Source: Eledone cirrhosa
Taxonomy: Eukaryota
Assembly (NCBI GenBank): GCA_964016885.1
Contig: OZ024740.1
Location: 123,876,001-123,940,000 of the forward strand
Reading direction: 5' to 3'
Length of the DNA: 64,000 nt
Under the pieces are notes generated by a model. The model was not told the origin of the DNA and made no database searches. It worked only from the letters and a program-made list of their open reading frames with translations. How positions within the stretch are numbered: position 1 is the first letter of the stretch; every line of letters starts with the position of its first letter. The translations under genes and the position numbers were made by a program. Below are positions 11,975 to 25,001 of this stretch, in pieces.

Positions 11975-12470
11975 ATCATCATCATCCTCCTCACCATTTA
12001 ACATCTATTTTTCTTTCCCATGTTAGCATGGGTTAGATGGGTTGCCCCGTTTTAGGCAAGTTAGTTCAGGTGACCCTGACTTATATACGCATAACTGTTT
12101 CTGTCTTGGTTTCTATGCTAGGATGCTCTTGTTAATACCAACCACATTTACAGTGTGTGCTGGGTGATTTTATCATAACTCCTACAAAACCACTTTACAG
12201 TGTGGGCTGGGTGCTTTTTGTCGGGACACCTACAGGACCACTTTGCAGTGTGGGCTAGGTGCTTTTTGCCGTGTCACCATCACAATCACTTTACAGTGTG
12301 GGCTAGGTGCTTTTTGCCGTGTCACCATCACAATCACTTTACAGTGTGGGCTGGAGGCTTCATTATATGTATGTTACATGAGAGAGGTATGGGAGGGTGG
12401 GGCAGGGTGTCGGTGGTGCATACTATATGTGTGCTTCGGCTTCAGCCTGTGCCCATCGATGCACACACCA
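11975..12470 (-). mobile_element. RTE 3'UTR fragment with 48-bp tandem repeats
   Basis: (CAT)n tail, CATGGGTTAGATGGGTTG, units starting at 12143, 12191, 12239, 12287 and 12335. Confidence 0.8.
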
Positions 12471-14738
12471 GCAACAACAAAGGTACAAATGTGTATATAT
12501 ATATGTGTATACAGAGAAGAAGGTATTTTGAGAGAGAGAGAAACATGGTCTTTTCTAGAAGATTTGAAAGATCAGGAATAAACATAAGGAGAGATAAAAC
12601 ACTGAATCTATAACATTACTGTTTTGCATCCATTCTTCCACACTAGCATGGGTTATGTATACACATATATATATTTTTTTTTGTGCTTAGACTGGGGAGA
12701 CCACTAATCATGGGAGTACTCAATTCATGGGGAAATGCAGAATGGATATAGATATATGTATAATTCCAATTACTTGTGTGTTTAGAAAGCTATAGGTTTG
12801 CTGAACTCATGAGACAAAACCACTTAGCACTGCAGTCAGGATTTTACATATATCTATATACACATATATATTAACATTTATGGCCTATTTTTGCTGGCAA
12901 TTTTCACCATAGAATGCCTACCTTTCCAATGTTTTACCCCATGTTAGACCATGTCTCTCCCATGCCTCATCTCCCATTACTTATTCCCCCTTGACCCATT
13001 CCCATTAATCATCAATCATCCCTGAGGTGGTTTCCAGGGTAATTGGTCTGGGCAATGCTAAATATAGTCTCTTGCTCAAGGAAACAATGTGCCACCTGGA
13101 ATCAAACTCACAACCATATGATCATGAGCCAAATACACTAAGCACTAAACCATGCAGTGACAAAAAGTCATATACACACATTAACAATAGAAAATTGAAA
13201 GTGGGCCAGAAGAAAAGAACATTGCTATGAAAGATGAAAATAATGTGCCACCAGGAATAAAACTCCCAATCTTATGATCGTGAACCAAATACCCAAACCA
13301 ATAAGTCACCCTGTGAGAAAAAGTCATATACACATTCACTATATGGAATTGAAAGATGGACAGAAGAAAAAAGTGTTTCGATGGATGATGATGAAAAAAA
13401 AAAAAGTATGAGTCAGTGAAGTCCATTCACTAATCTGATTGGCTATCTTACACCTTTTCACTCCATGCATTAATGGATATTTTCATTGTTAGAAATGACA
13501 TGAATGTATGTTATTGTGTTTGGTTTTCTTTTATTCTCCCCAGCAGGAAGAAAGTCTTTGTGCCCTAAATCCGTCTTCTTAGGACACAGATTTCGGAAAC
13601 CAAATCCGTTTTTCTCTGGGATGCACCATTTTGGAGACTTTTAGATACCTACTACATATATATACACATACACTCTTAAATGTATAGTAGATGTATATGG
13701 CAATATTTGAAATAAAAGGCTTACTGTAGGGTAGTCATTGTGTGTTTGTCTAAGTCAGCAACCTGTCTACCCACAGCATACAACAGCCATCTGATCCATG
13801 CAAGTATGAAAACTAGACGTCAAATAATGATGATGACGATGATATATATATATATATAGTAGTGAAAAACCGAAGGTTTATAATTAATGTTAGTAGAGCA
13901 CTCAGTCCAAAGAACTGCGAAGAATCCATCCAGCTCTGTTCTCACTACAGCCATACGCGGGATGAAATTCCTATTTTAGTATGGTTTAGTAATTATTGTG
14001 GATTAACTCTCACATCACATTCCTAATAACATGGGAAAATTATTACTGTCATAAATTCCCTTTCTTTTCATGTAATTACACAAAAACCATTAGTTATATA
14101 GATTTACAAAGGCCATCCTCTCCAATAGTACATTTCAATAACTGCAATAGAATTAGTTAAACACAAAATCCGTATCTAAAGACGTTTAATTAGCTATCAT
14201 AAAGTTCTAGATTCAATTACATTGCAATTCACTTTGAGCAAGTTTCATTAACCATAGCCCAAGCTTAACACAAGCTTTTTGAATGAGGCTGGATGAAAGG
14301 ATATTTTTTGGAAAATTGCTGGATGGAGTGTAGACAAAATGCATCTTTGCAACACACTATGTCATGTTGAATCTCTGTGATAATTATGTTAGAGTACAAG
14401 TGCTTGTGAAATGCTCAGTCATTTGCCTGATAATTTCATGTGTATACTGGTCCATTTATCAAACAATTAGAACAATCTTCTCTTAAACCAAAAGAGTTTC
14501 ATTCCTTTCAAGAAATTATATAAAAAAATTACAAACGGATGTATACTTTACTAAAGATTTCTCTTTTGTCTATTGTAGAATTTTAATGGAATAGCAATTA
14601 TTCAATTAACGTGAACAGAATTGTATAACATTTCTCAAAGATATCATAATGAGTAATTATCTATCAGTATATACTTTCTACCTGGAGGGAATGCCTTAAA
14701 AATATAATATAAAGTTCTTTAATTTACTGGCTTTATTA

Positions 14739-14793
<55 letters not shown>

Positions 14794-15452
14794 CTAATTT
14801 AATTTACTTCCTTAATTTCCTTAATGAATATATAGGTTTTTAAGTGGTACTTGTTTTGGAAATTTGGAATTGTAACACATTTAGAGAAAAGCTTTCATAG
14901 CATGATTGTATTTACCACAGACTTTTGTTATGAAAGGGTCCACTATAGTTGCATTTCACTGAAAAAAGGCATCAAATCTAAACCAATATGATTTGTTTAG
15001 AGATAATGGCTAGGTGGTTGGGTTTGAAAACAATAATAAGATAAAAAGATAAGTAATCGATTGAAGAATGTTCCAGTTGTTCAGTCAATTAAATGGGCAG
15101 CTCATGAAATTAATGCATCAGTGGCAGAATATTCCGAAGATGCATATAACCTCAATGTAATCTTCAGTGTGAGAGTGAGTGACAAGGCTGCAATACAATC
15201 CATCCTATGACTTTACAAACAGTCTCTGACAACCCAATTTTACTCAAATGTGTGGGTCAACCCAAAGCAGTGCTAAAACACACTTGCCCAAGATGGCATG
15301 CAGTAGAACGAAACCAAGAATCTCATGATTGTTAAGCAATTTTCTTAATTATTCACCCATGCAGCTCCTAATAATATTTCTATTCTATGTTATTATTGTT
15401 GCATTAATAAACTCCTCCATTTATTGCAATGTTTATTATTGAATTATCAACA

Positions 15453-15672
15453 AGGGCGGTGGATTGGCAATATTGATAAATCATCTGACAGCATGTTTCA
15501 TGGAATATAGTTACATCCATTTAAGTTCTGTGTTCAAATTATGTCAATTTTAGCTTTATCTTTCATTTTTACAGGGTCGATAACATAAAGTACCAATAGC
15601 CCACTGGGGTCGATTTAATCGACTTTCCATTCCCTCAAAATTGTTGGGCTTGTGCCTAAATCAGAAACCATT
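15453..15672 (+). mobile_element. tRNA-derived SINE, diverged full-length copy
   Basis: GGGCGGTGGATTGGC head, GTTCAAAT B-box, GGGTCGATAA core, TTGTGCCTAAATCAGAAAC end. Confidence 0.8.
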
Positions 15673-17939
15673 ATTGAATTATTAATAAACACTTATTTTC
15701 TCCCCATGAGTCTCAGAGTAGAAACAAGAATGTATTGACTCAATAAGAGAGCCTCTATGTAATTGATCAAACTACTAGAAACAGCTGATAAATGTCTTCA
15801 AACCACACCCTACAATCTATATATGTAAACTTTTTTGTTTCTCTGTCTGTCTGTCTTTTCCTATTGCATTCTCAAATGGTTCGACTAAGTCAAATTTTAC
15901 AAAACACAAAAAAAATCATTGAGTGTTTCAATCATTCACAGTAATGGAAATAGAATGAATGCTTCCAGTGTTTAACTACACATTGCTTATTAAATGTTTT
16001 GCTTCACAAATATGTAATTTCATGTTTGATGGCACTTTGTGGTACCTTGGGTAAGTACCTTCTATGATAGCCTTGGGCAAACTGCTTGATGGAAAATGTG
16101 CAGAAGTCTATGATAGGTGTGTGTATGTGTGTTGGTGCCATGATAAAATGCATTCAGTATACTCAGCATTGTGGGTGGCATTAAAAAGATCATTAGCCCA
16201 AAACAATGCCAAAATGCTTTGCATTATGACTGCCTATGTAGCCAGTTACATTTGATTAAATCCCACATAAACATTATGTCTTGCAGCTCTGTGGTTTGAT
16301 GTTTGTACCCTTATCATCCTCATCATAATCAATATTTTATGTCCATTCCTCCATGCTTGCAAGAAGGGATGGTATCAGGAAGGGCACCAGTCCATGGAAT
16401 ATTGCTTCAAAAAAGTTTCACCAAATTCTTGCCAGCATGGAAAACCAGGCATAAACATATTGATATATATGATGTTGAAAATGATATACTAAAACCAAAA
16501 TGTAATTTTGAAGTTTGATTTTAGGGAAATGTAGCTGCTATTTCTATCACGTTTTATGACAACAAAGATGCTACGTGCAGCAACCATCTTTTATATTAAC
16601 AAATGTTGTCTAGTTTCTTAACAGCTTTAACTCTGTCTTATTCACTACTTACAAAGAATGATCTGATTCTTCAACATATCTAAGTAAACCAAATAAGTGA
16701 TGGCATACACCCAATCAATGCTTTGTCTGTAAGCCAGCAGCCTACTAACTGGTCTAGCTGCATTTTAGTTTCAAATATAAACTTTATTATATATTTATCT
16801 TTTGCATTTCTGCTGCAGCTTAAAAGCTTTTACTTCTAATTATGGAAATTACATTATCTTAATCCATACTGCTAGTTTTTAATCTTGCTAATATATTGAT
16901 TGTTTTATTTTACATGTTAGATTACTGGTAATTATTTCATGAAATCCTGTCACTATTGAGTACATGAAAGTTGCTGAGTAAAGAGAAAATGGAAAACATC
17001 AAAATAAATGTTTTGATGTTCTATGTTCTTAGGTTTCAAATCTCTCAAGATCAACTGTAATTTTATTCCCTTTTAGACCCAGTAAAATAAGCAATATAGG
17101 CCTTACATTATCATCATCATTTTATGTTCGTATTCCTTGCTGGAATAGGTTGGAACAAGTAGGAACTACTAATTAGTTATTCAGTAAGAAACAAAAGTGA
17201 AGATAGCAGAATATTTCTTTCAGCAAATGTATACAAAAAAAGAAATGCAAGCCAGAGTGTTGTTGAGGGAATATTTAGAAGGGAGGACAAAATGGAAAAT
17301 CTTGTCATGGAACCTGCAAAGCTATCCCTTACTTTAGCAGAGAAAATGGCCTCAGTACACTTATGTTGTGCATTCCATTCATATAAACATTTTAGTAACG
17401 CCCAAATCATTAACGATATACTAACTCATGACATTAGATTTAAGACTGCAATACGCTGATCATCTCAGATAATATAACTAATCAATCTACTAATCTACTT
17501 CTTTTAGTAAATTTTTAGCGATAAAAATTTGCTAAATATTATCAATTTTAGAAATATGTTTCTTAATCTGGTTTGATAGTTCACACTTTATCTTGCAATG
17601 TACCATTAATCATTAAACTAATAAGAAAATTTCCTGGCAAATTGGAATCTAAATATCTTTTGTAGATACTTAAAAAGGTCACAACACCTCACAGAAGTGA
17701 TTATTTTGTATGAATTCTGCAGTAATAAGTGAGTGAGAAATATTCAATTCAAACTTATGAAATCGAAAATAAAACACAGTGGTTAATATTCTCCTCAACA
17801 GTCCTAGTTACTCACAATAATCTGATAGTTAATTTCTACCAATAATTCATCTTACTCGAAAGAATTTGATCTTGATATTTTTAAACTAACAAACAAGATT
17901 TTCTTTTGTTTAATCGTTATTCCTGCTTCTAGTAGAGTA

Positions 17940-18200
17940 CAAATTCTCATCGACAAATCAGAGTCAATAAAGAGATAAATTACTGAATTCTGTTACTGAT
18001 TTCCCTGATGTATCTTTGTGCTGGAAAAAGGTGTTCATAATAGACAGACTCTTATTACAACAGAAGTCTAATAAGGCCTCTCTATTCACATTTAGATCAG
18101 GGTTGCCATTCCTTTCAATCACTACTTTCATCAGTGCCACTATGTGCATTGAAGTTTTCCTTTAGGATATATGACTCAGTTTTTAACTACATCTATTGCT
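17940..18200 (-). mobile_element. RTE-type AP-endonuclease fragment
   Basis: NGNPDLNVNREALLDFCCNKSLSIMNTFFQHKD matches N.NG..LLDFC....L.I.NTFF.HK. Confidence 0.75.
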
Positions 18201-18361
18201 GCAGTGACTTTATCAAGTGACTTTATTTGTGATAGAGTTGCTTTTGATTTTATTAGTCATTGGTTATTGGATGTGTTGTGTAATTTCTCCAAACAAACCG
18301 CATTTTGATTTCTAAACTGTTTTTGCATTCTAATACCAAACCATTCTATATCTTTATTTAC

Positions 18362-18424
18362 CTGACTCTCTGCTAAGCAAAGCAAGAAATATTTACCTCC
18401 TTTCCTCAGACAACAATATGGTAT
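18362..18424 (-). CDS. Possible isolated 63-nt host exon (IPYCCLRKGGKYFLLCLAESQ)
   Basis: ttacag acceptor and CAG|gtaaat donor, open in phase 0; no partner exon found. Confidence 0.15.
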
Positions 18425-19420
18425 CTGTAATATATTAACAAAGAATTACCCAAAATGTCAGCATGATATTGTTGTTTAACTTCAAGTCTGCATGAGATGA
18501 TCAAACCTATGACCTAAGGCATTCCAGCTGTAATAGCACTATAGTATTCAACGTGTCTTTTCTTCTATTTAAGATGGGAAGGCTTTATTTTAGGGAGATT
18601 TGATTGCTATGTCTAGCGGTTCTAGCAATCTGACTGATCTCTAGTATGTTATCTCTGCAGGTCTTCTATATAAACAAGCAGACTTAAATGTCAATTAAAG
18701 ATCATATCATAAGCTCTTCTTAAATATTAAAATCACTAACTCAATATATTCTAATTATTAATAGAAAGTAGGAGTTAATATCTTTAGATAATTTCACTAA
18801 GAATTGAAAATAATTTCAAAATATATTCTGAATGCAAACAAAATCACAATGACAACATTAAAACATAGATTTCTTTGTTATTTAAATGTAAAACTCCCTA
18901 TATATTGATCTATTATCTCTTTTTCAGATTATTGAACTTATGTTTAGATATGAAATATTTATTAATATTTGCATTGACATTATCTTTCGACTGCTTTGAT
19001 CTGTGATTGTATCAGAAATCTTATTCCTAGGTATGAACATAGTATCAGATTGCATGGGAACTATGTACATATATAAGAATGAAACACATGATGACCATTG
19101 GAGATCAAAGTGATCAAAAACATTGTACAGATGTAAATATAAAAACAATATGTCATCTCTAAGGAAGAGGTCAATTTCTGAAAAATAATGATTTACTAAA
19201 AATAACTCCTCAGAGATCTATACATTTAATTATCTCTACATATTTTGTGTGAAATAAAGTTTAATTATTTTTATTGCTGGTATTGGTAGATATCAAACTA
19301 TAATAACAATTTTCATGTGAAAATATCTTTGGTTTTATATTTACACATCTGTACTATATTTTACTAGAAAATTGGTGGCACATTTTCCTCAATACCTAGA
19401 TTATCACTTATAATGCAAGG

Positions 19421-20183
19421 ACGCCGAGGTTAACTTTGCCTTTCATCCTTACAGGGTCGATAAAATAAAGTACCAGTAATGTACTGGGTAATTTCTAGCC
19501 TTGTGCCAAAAGTAGAAACAATTATTAATTACTATTTGAAAATACAGTCGTTACAGTGCAAATAACTGTGATAGTAGTTGAATAAATAAGGTAAAGTACA
19601 TCTGGAGAAAGAAAAATTTCACAGAAATGTTTTACGGACCCTGAGAGTGTAACATCTCTGTCTACTTTTTCTATCTTCAAAGATCCTAGACCGAATTTAT
19701 TCAAGACTGCTAATAACGGTAGAGCATCAAGCAATATGCTTTATGACATAGAGTTACGACCCCTTACGTTCTAAGTGCAAATCCTGCCGAGTTTAGCTTT
19801 GCGGGGTCAATAAAATAAAGTACCAATGAGGCACTGTTGGCCTTGTACCTAAATCAGAAGCAATTATAATTACATGCAATGTGGGGACTATATATTGAAA
19901 TTCTAAATTTTCCAATGCTTTTCTACTAAACTAAATGCTATTAATTACTATTGTAAATAATTAGGGTGGTGGATTGGCAGAATCAGTAAAGAGTCGGATG
20001 CCATGCTTTGCAGCATAGAGTTATGGCTCTTTATGATCTGAGTTCAAATCCCGCTGACGTTAACTTTGTCTTTCATCCTTACGGGGTCGATAAAATAAAG
20101 CATCAGTAATGTACTGGGGTCGATTTAATCGACTTTCCCCCCAAAAAAAAATTACTGGTCTTGTGTCTATACTCGAAATCATT
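19421..20183 (+). mobile_element. Cluster of three SINE copies (about 19421-19523, 19700-19865, 19963-20183)
   Basis: Each carries the GGGTCGATAAAATAAAGTACCA core; the third has the full A/B-box head. Confidence 0.8.
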
Positions 20184-21121
20184 AATTACTATTGCAATTT
20201 CACATATAGCATGCACATTTGGAAAACTGGGGTAAAATAGTGTGTTTCAAAGATTCATGAGATTTGCCCCTTTTGGTACTGAACTGTATGAAACACTTCG
20301 GGTTCTACAATACAAAACTGTTTCTTTTAGATATCTAGCTTAAAACTTTCTAACATGGTTTTTTTGTAAGAGCATACACACAGTTACTCTCTACATAGTT
20401 TCCCTCACAAGGCTTGTGTTGAAACTTGGTTACAGTAGAAAACACTTGCACAGCAATTTATGATTGGAAAATGACTTTCTTAACCATTCAGTTGTGAGCA
20501 TATACAAAGTGACAAAATGGTGCAGGAAATGAAATGTACATAAATTAGAGTTAGACTAAGGAATCCGAGAGATGTCAAATGTAAGAATGTTGGGCTTCAT
20601 TGAGATGATATGGAATATATGTAGAGAATTTTCTCCAATCCATGTCAGAATGGAAAAAGAAATCTTAACATAAAATTGATGACAATGATGATGATTATAA
20701 TCGCACATGAATTGTATTATAAATATTTTCTGTATTTTTCAGTTTTCCAATGGAAAAACAATATATTTCGACTATTAAAAATATTTAACCTCAATTTTTT
20801 TTAACATCTTTATTTTAATAAATTATATAACTAAAGTTTTCCTTTAACCCTTTCATTACTGTATCCCTAATGAGAGAGACTGTCTATGATTTTCAAATCC
20901 TTTTGAAAATCATCAAAATTTAGTAATGTAATTGACTCTCCTATCATTAAATTGGTGTTTGGAGCATACCTTAATAGAGAAATAATACCTTAATAATATA
21001 AAATTATGATGGAACAGTTTTAGATGAATTTGAACATTCTGAAATAAAGAATTTTATCTTAAAGGAACAGGTTCAGCTTCAGGTTTGGTATCCAAAGGTC
21101 TAAACTGTAAACCTGCTTCAT

Positions 21122-21303
21122 TATTGGCAGTATTGGTAGAGAGTCAGACACTATGCTTTGCAGCACAGAGTTACGGCCCTTTATCGTCTGAGTTCAAATC
21201 CAGCTGAGGTTAACTTTGCCTTTCATCCTTACGGGGTCGATAAAATAAAGTACCAGTAATGCACTGGATAATTGCTGGCCTTGTGCCAAAAAGTAGAAAC
21301 AAT
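21122..21303 (+). mobile_element. tRNA-derived SINE
   Basis: TTGGCAGTATTGGTAGAG...GAGTTCAAATCC...GCCTTTCATCCTTACGGGGTCGATAAA...GTAGAAACAATT. Confidence 0.88.
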
Positions 21304-21346
21304 TATTATACTAATCCTGCCGAGGTTAACTTTGCCTTTCATCCTT

Positions 21347-23450
21347 CATCATCATCATCATCATCATCATCACCGTTTTACGTCCGTTCTTCCATGCTAG
21401 CATGGGTTAGATGGGTTGTCCTGTTGTGGGCAGTGTCCGGTCAGCTGATTCTGGTTTGATTTCTACAGCAGGATGCTCTTCTTAACACCAACCTCATTTA
21501 CAGTGAGTGCCGGGTGCGTTTTTTTCCGTGGCGTCTATACTTCCACTTTACAGTGTGGGCTGGGTGCTTTTTTGCTGTGGCACCTCCACGACCACTTTGC
21601 AGTGGGAGGTTGTGGGGGCATATTGTCTATATGCTTCAACTTCGGCTTGTACCTGTGGGGGTTGGGCCTTCTGTATTACTGCATGACACCATAGGTCATG
21701 GTCTAGTGTCATCACCTTTGAGAGGTGTAGTTGGGTAAGGTCGGCTTTTATCACCTCATCCCAAGTCATCTTGGGTCTCCCCACTCCGCGGTTTCCATCG
21801 ACTTCTAGTGCTCTGCACTTTTTAATGCAGCTGTCATCCTTCATATGCATCACATGTCCATACCAACGCAACCGCCTCTCCTGCACACAGCATTTGATTT
21901 ATCTTATTATCAGTCTCTCTCTCAATTCATTTATGCTTTGCCGTTCACCTATATTACTATTACACATCCATTGGAGCATTCGGTCTTCATTTCTTTCTAA
22001 TCTACGCAAGTCTTCCACAGACAGCACCCAAGTCTCACTACCATGTAACATTGCTGTTCGGATACACGCATCATACAGTCTGCCTTTCATTTTGAGGGAA
22101 AAGCCTTTTGCAGCTAGCAGTGGCAGTAGCTCCCTGAACTTCTTCCATCCCGTTCTTACCCTAGTTATTGTACTTTCGGAACACCCACCTCCGCTGCTAA
22201 TTCAGTCACAGGTAGCAGAAGCTGTACACTGTTTCTACAGAGCCCTCCCAGGGTTTGGTGGTACTTGTTTCCTGTGGCTGGTTGCTGCTTGCAGTCCCAT
22301 CACAGCTGCTACATGTGAAGCCTACATTTTTACTTAAGCTTCCTGAGATCCCGCTACATCTTTTGTGTACCCATTGTTTGCATTTGGAGCAGAGAATGGA
22401 GTTCCTACCTACACCTTTCCTACTTACTGAGCAAGGCCATTTCCCTGAGGGGATCTGGGTTCTGTTTTCTAGTCTACTTACAAGGATCTTAGTCTTTGTC
22501 AGGTTGACTTTGAGACCCTTTCTTTCTAGTCCCTGCTTCCAAGTTTGGAATTTCTTCTCTAGTTCTACCATAGATTCAGCTATAAGTGCGAGGTCATCTG
22601 CATACAGGAGTTCCCATGGGCATCCGGTCTTAAACTCCTCCGTTATTGCCTGCAGAACTATGATGAACAGGAGAGGGCTAAGAACAGAGCCCTGGTGGAC
22701 ACCGACCTCTACTAAATTCCTCGCTATAGTCATTGCTAATCCTAATGTTGCTGACTGCTCCCCTATACATGGCTTGTACAGCTTTCGCAAGCCATTCATC
22801 TACTCCTAGTTTTCTAAGAGCCTACCTTATTATAGCACGGGGAACTCTGTCAAAGGCTTTCTCGAGATCGACGAATGCCAGGTAGAGCGGCTTACTTTCA
22901 GCTAGGTACTTTTCCTGTAACTGACTCACAAGGAAGAGGGTATCAGTGGTACCTCTTCCTGGCACAAACCCAAATTGCATCTCATCTAGTTTCACCCGGT
23001 CCCTAATCAACTGTTACTTTCATGACCTGGTCCATCAGCTTTATACCTCTATAATTTCCGCTATCTAGTGCATCACTTTTACCTTTGTAGCAGTTGACAA
23101 TGATGCTACTGCACCAATCCTTATGCATGACACCGTCTAGTATTACCTGGTTAACAATACGTGTGGTTATAGTGTGACCTACAGCCCCAGATCCCTGCAG
23201 CATCTCGGCAGCTATACCCGATGGACCGGTTGCCTTCCTCATCTTCATATCTTTGATTGCCTTACTTACTACGCTGATGCTGACTTGTACTGCTGGCCCC
23301 TCTATAGGGTCTACTTGGGGTAGGGTCTCTTCTTCCCATGCATTCTCCTCATTTAGTAATCTATCATAATGGCTCTTCCATGCATCTTTCTTCTCAGCAC
23401 TTGTGAGGGCAAGCTCACCTTTATCATTCTGGATACACTTCTCTCCAATG
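21347..23450 (-). mobile_element. RTE LINE, 5'-truncated RT pseudogene (long-3'UTR family)
   Basis: KATGPSGI, NYRGIKL, QFGFVPGRGTTD, AFVDLEKAFDRVP, GVHQGSVLSPLLF, LYADDL, MLHGSETW across frameshifted ORFs; (CAT)n at 21347. Confidence 0.93.
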
Positions 23451-23569
23451 AATATGAAAGGCTAAAATGATTCACTAGAACTGCTAAACCATGTTGCAGC
23501 CATCCATATATATCTTCAAGGTATCCCTCTATTTCCCAATTGCAAATGTTCCGCTCACACTATTATTAG

Positions 23570-23809
23570 TATTATTGTTGAATTTATCATTCCACTAGCC
23601 TTCACAACACATTTTTATTTTTTAGCCTCGTTTTTATCCCATGTTGGCCAGTATGACTGTCTCTACTAAGTCATCTACTCCTTTCATCTCGCTTACATTT
23701 TTATTATTGTTGTATTTATCATTCCGCTGGCCCCTTCACAACACATATTTATTCTTTACCCTTGTCTTTGGCCAGTATGACTGTTTTTAACTGTCTCTAC
23801 GAAGTCATC
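23570..23809. repeat. Imperfect direct duplication of about 105 bp
   Basis: TATTATTGTTG.ATTTATCATTCC...TTGGCCAGTATGACTGT...AAGTCATC occurs at 23570-23675 and 23702-23809. Confidence 0.75.
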
Positions 23810-23984
23810 GGTCGATAAAATAAAATATCATTAAAGCACTGGGCTAATTGCTGGCCTTGTGCCCAAAACAGAAACAATTAGTATACTATTTATATATTAG
23901 CATAATACCCATACAAAATGACAAGGTTTAAAATAAAAAGAATTAAATTAATATTTTCTTTATTACAACATTCTACGTAAAGAT

Positions 23985-24175
23985 ATTTCTCCATATTTCT
24001 AGTTTCTTCTCAGGTGCTCGTGTCAATGTCCACGTACTTGATCCATGCAATAACCCTAACTCAACAGATGTTCTGAAAAATGATATTTTGATTTTTCTGG
24101 GTAGATCTAACTCTCTTATCCTTTGGAAATTTTAATGTCCTTTTTTTATGAACTCATCCAGCTAACCAAATATAG
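23985..24175 (-). mobile_element. Old RTE-group LINE fragment (a different family)
   Basis: Reverse frame DLPRKIKISFFRTSVELGLLHGSSTWTLTRAPEKKL resembles KI.FF.ATVESVLLYGSETWTLT. Confidence 0.6.
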
Positions 24176-24589
24176 AAAATCATCAACTCATCGATGGTAT
24201 TCTGTCATCCAGTGTGACTAGGTAGATAGATAGATAAACAGACAGATATACAGGCAGGCAAAGATAAAGATAGATAGACCGGAAATGATAGATAGATTGA
24301 AAGATACCTAGAGAGACAGACAAATAGATAGATAGCAAGACAGTTATTTTGATAGATAAACAGATGCTATTGTTTTTATTGTATTCAGATAGGTATCTTT
24401 CTTCATTTGCCAGAAGGGCGTACAAGAAATAGGACATTGCAATACATAAAAATTGTGTAAAATTTAACATTAATAAATTAAAATAAACTATATAAAATAA
24501 CAATTGAAATCTCCATTGATAGAACAACCCTCAAGATCAGGAGCACGTTTTGTAGGTGTTCCCATCTTCCCTTTGTCTTTCTTAACCTA

Positions 24590-25000
24590 CATGTAGACAG
24601 GGATCTGGATACTGGAAGCTAAACATGTCGCTCCTGACGTGTAAAGTTTACAGTAAACAGATTAGCACTTTTGTTAAATGCCAGTTGACGGAGGCCATTG
24701 TCAACAACAGGTAGTGGTGGTCTCTCAAGAGAGAAATTAGAATAGAATCAATAGCCTTTAGCAAGGAAGTAGCTTTAGAGAACAAGACAGAAAAGGAATT
24801 AGTTGCCAAAGTAGAAGAGGCACGTGGGAGTGGCAGTACAGCTGACGTGCTAACAAAGAGAACGGTACTAGACCAGTTCTTCAATGTGAAACACGAAGGT
24901 TGTATTGTCAGAAGTAGAACTTGTGCTCTGAGAAACAAAGGAGTGAACGCTGTTAGCTGGGCCTGAGTGGCAGAGGCAAAAAGTGGCAACAAATCCACAG
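24590..25000 (+). mobile_element. Inverted post-endonuclease segment of L1/Tx1-type ORF2
   Basis: Plus frame from 24601 reads GSGYWKLNMSLL...WWSLKREIR...EGCIVRSR. Confidence 0.75.
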
Positions 25001-25001
25001 A

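Noticed and set aside
12143-12355. Regular repeats resembling a CRISPR array
   Set aside because: Contiguous 48-bp tandem units with no unique spacers, inside an RTE UTR in a eukaryotic context
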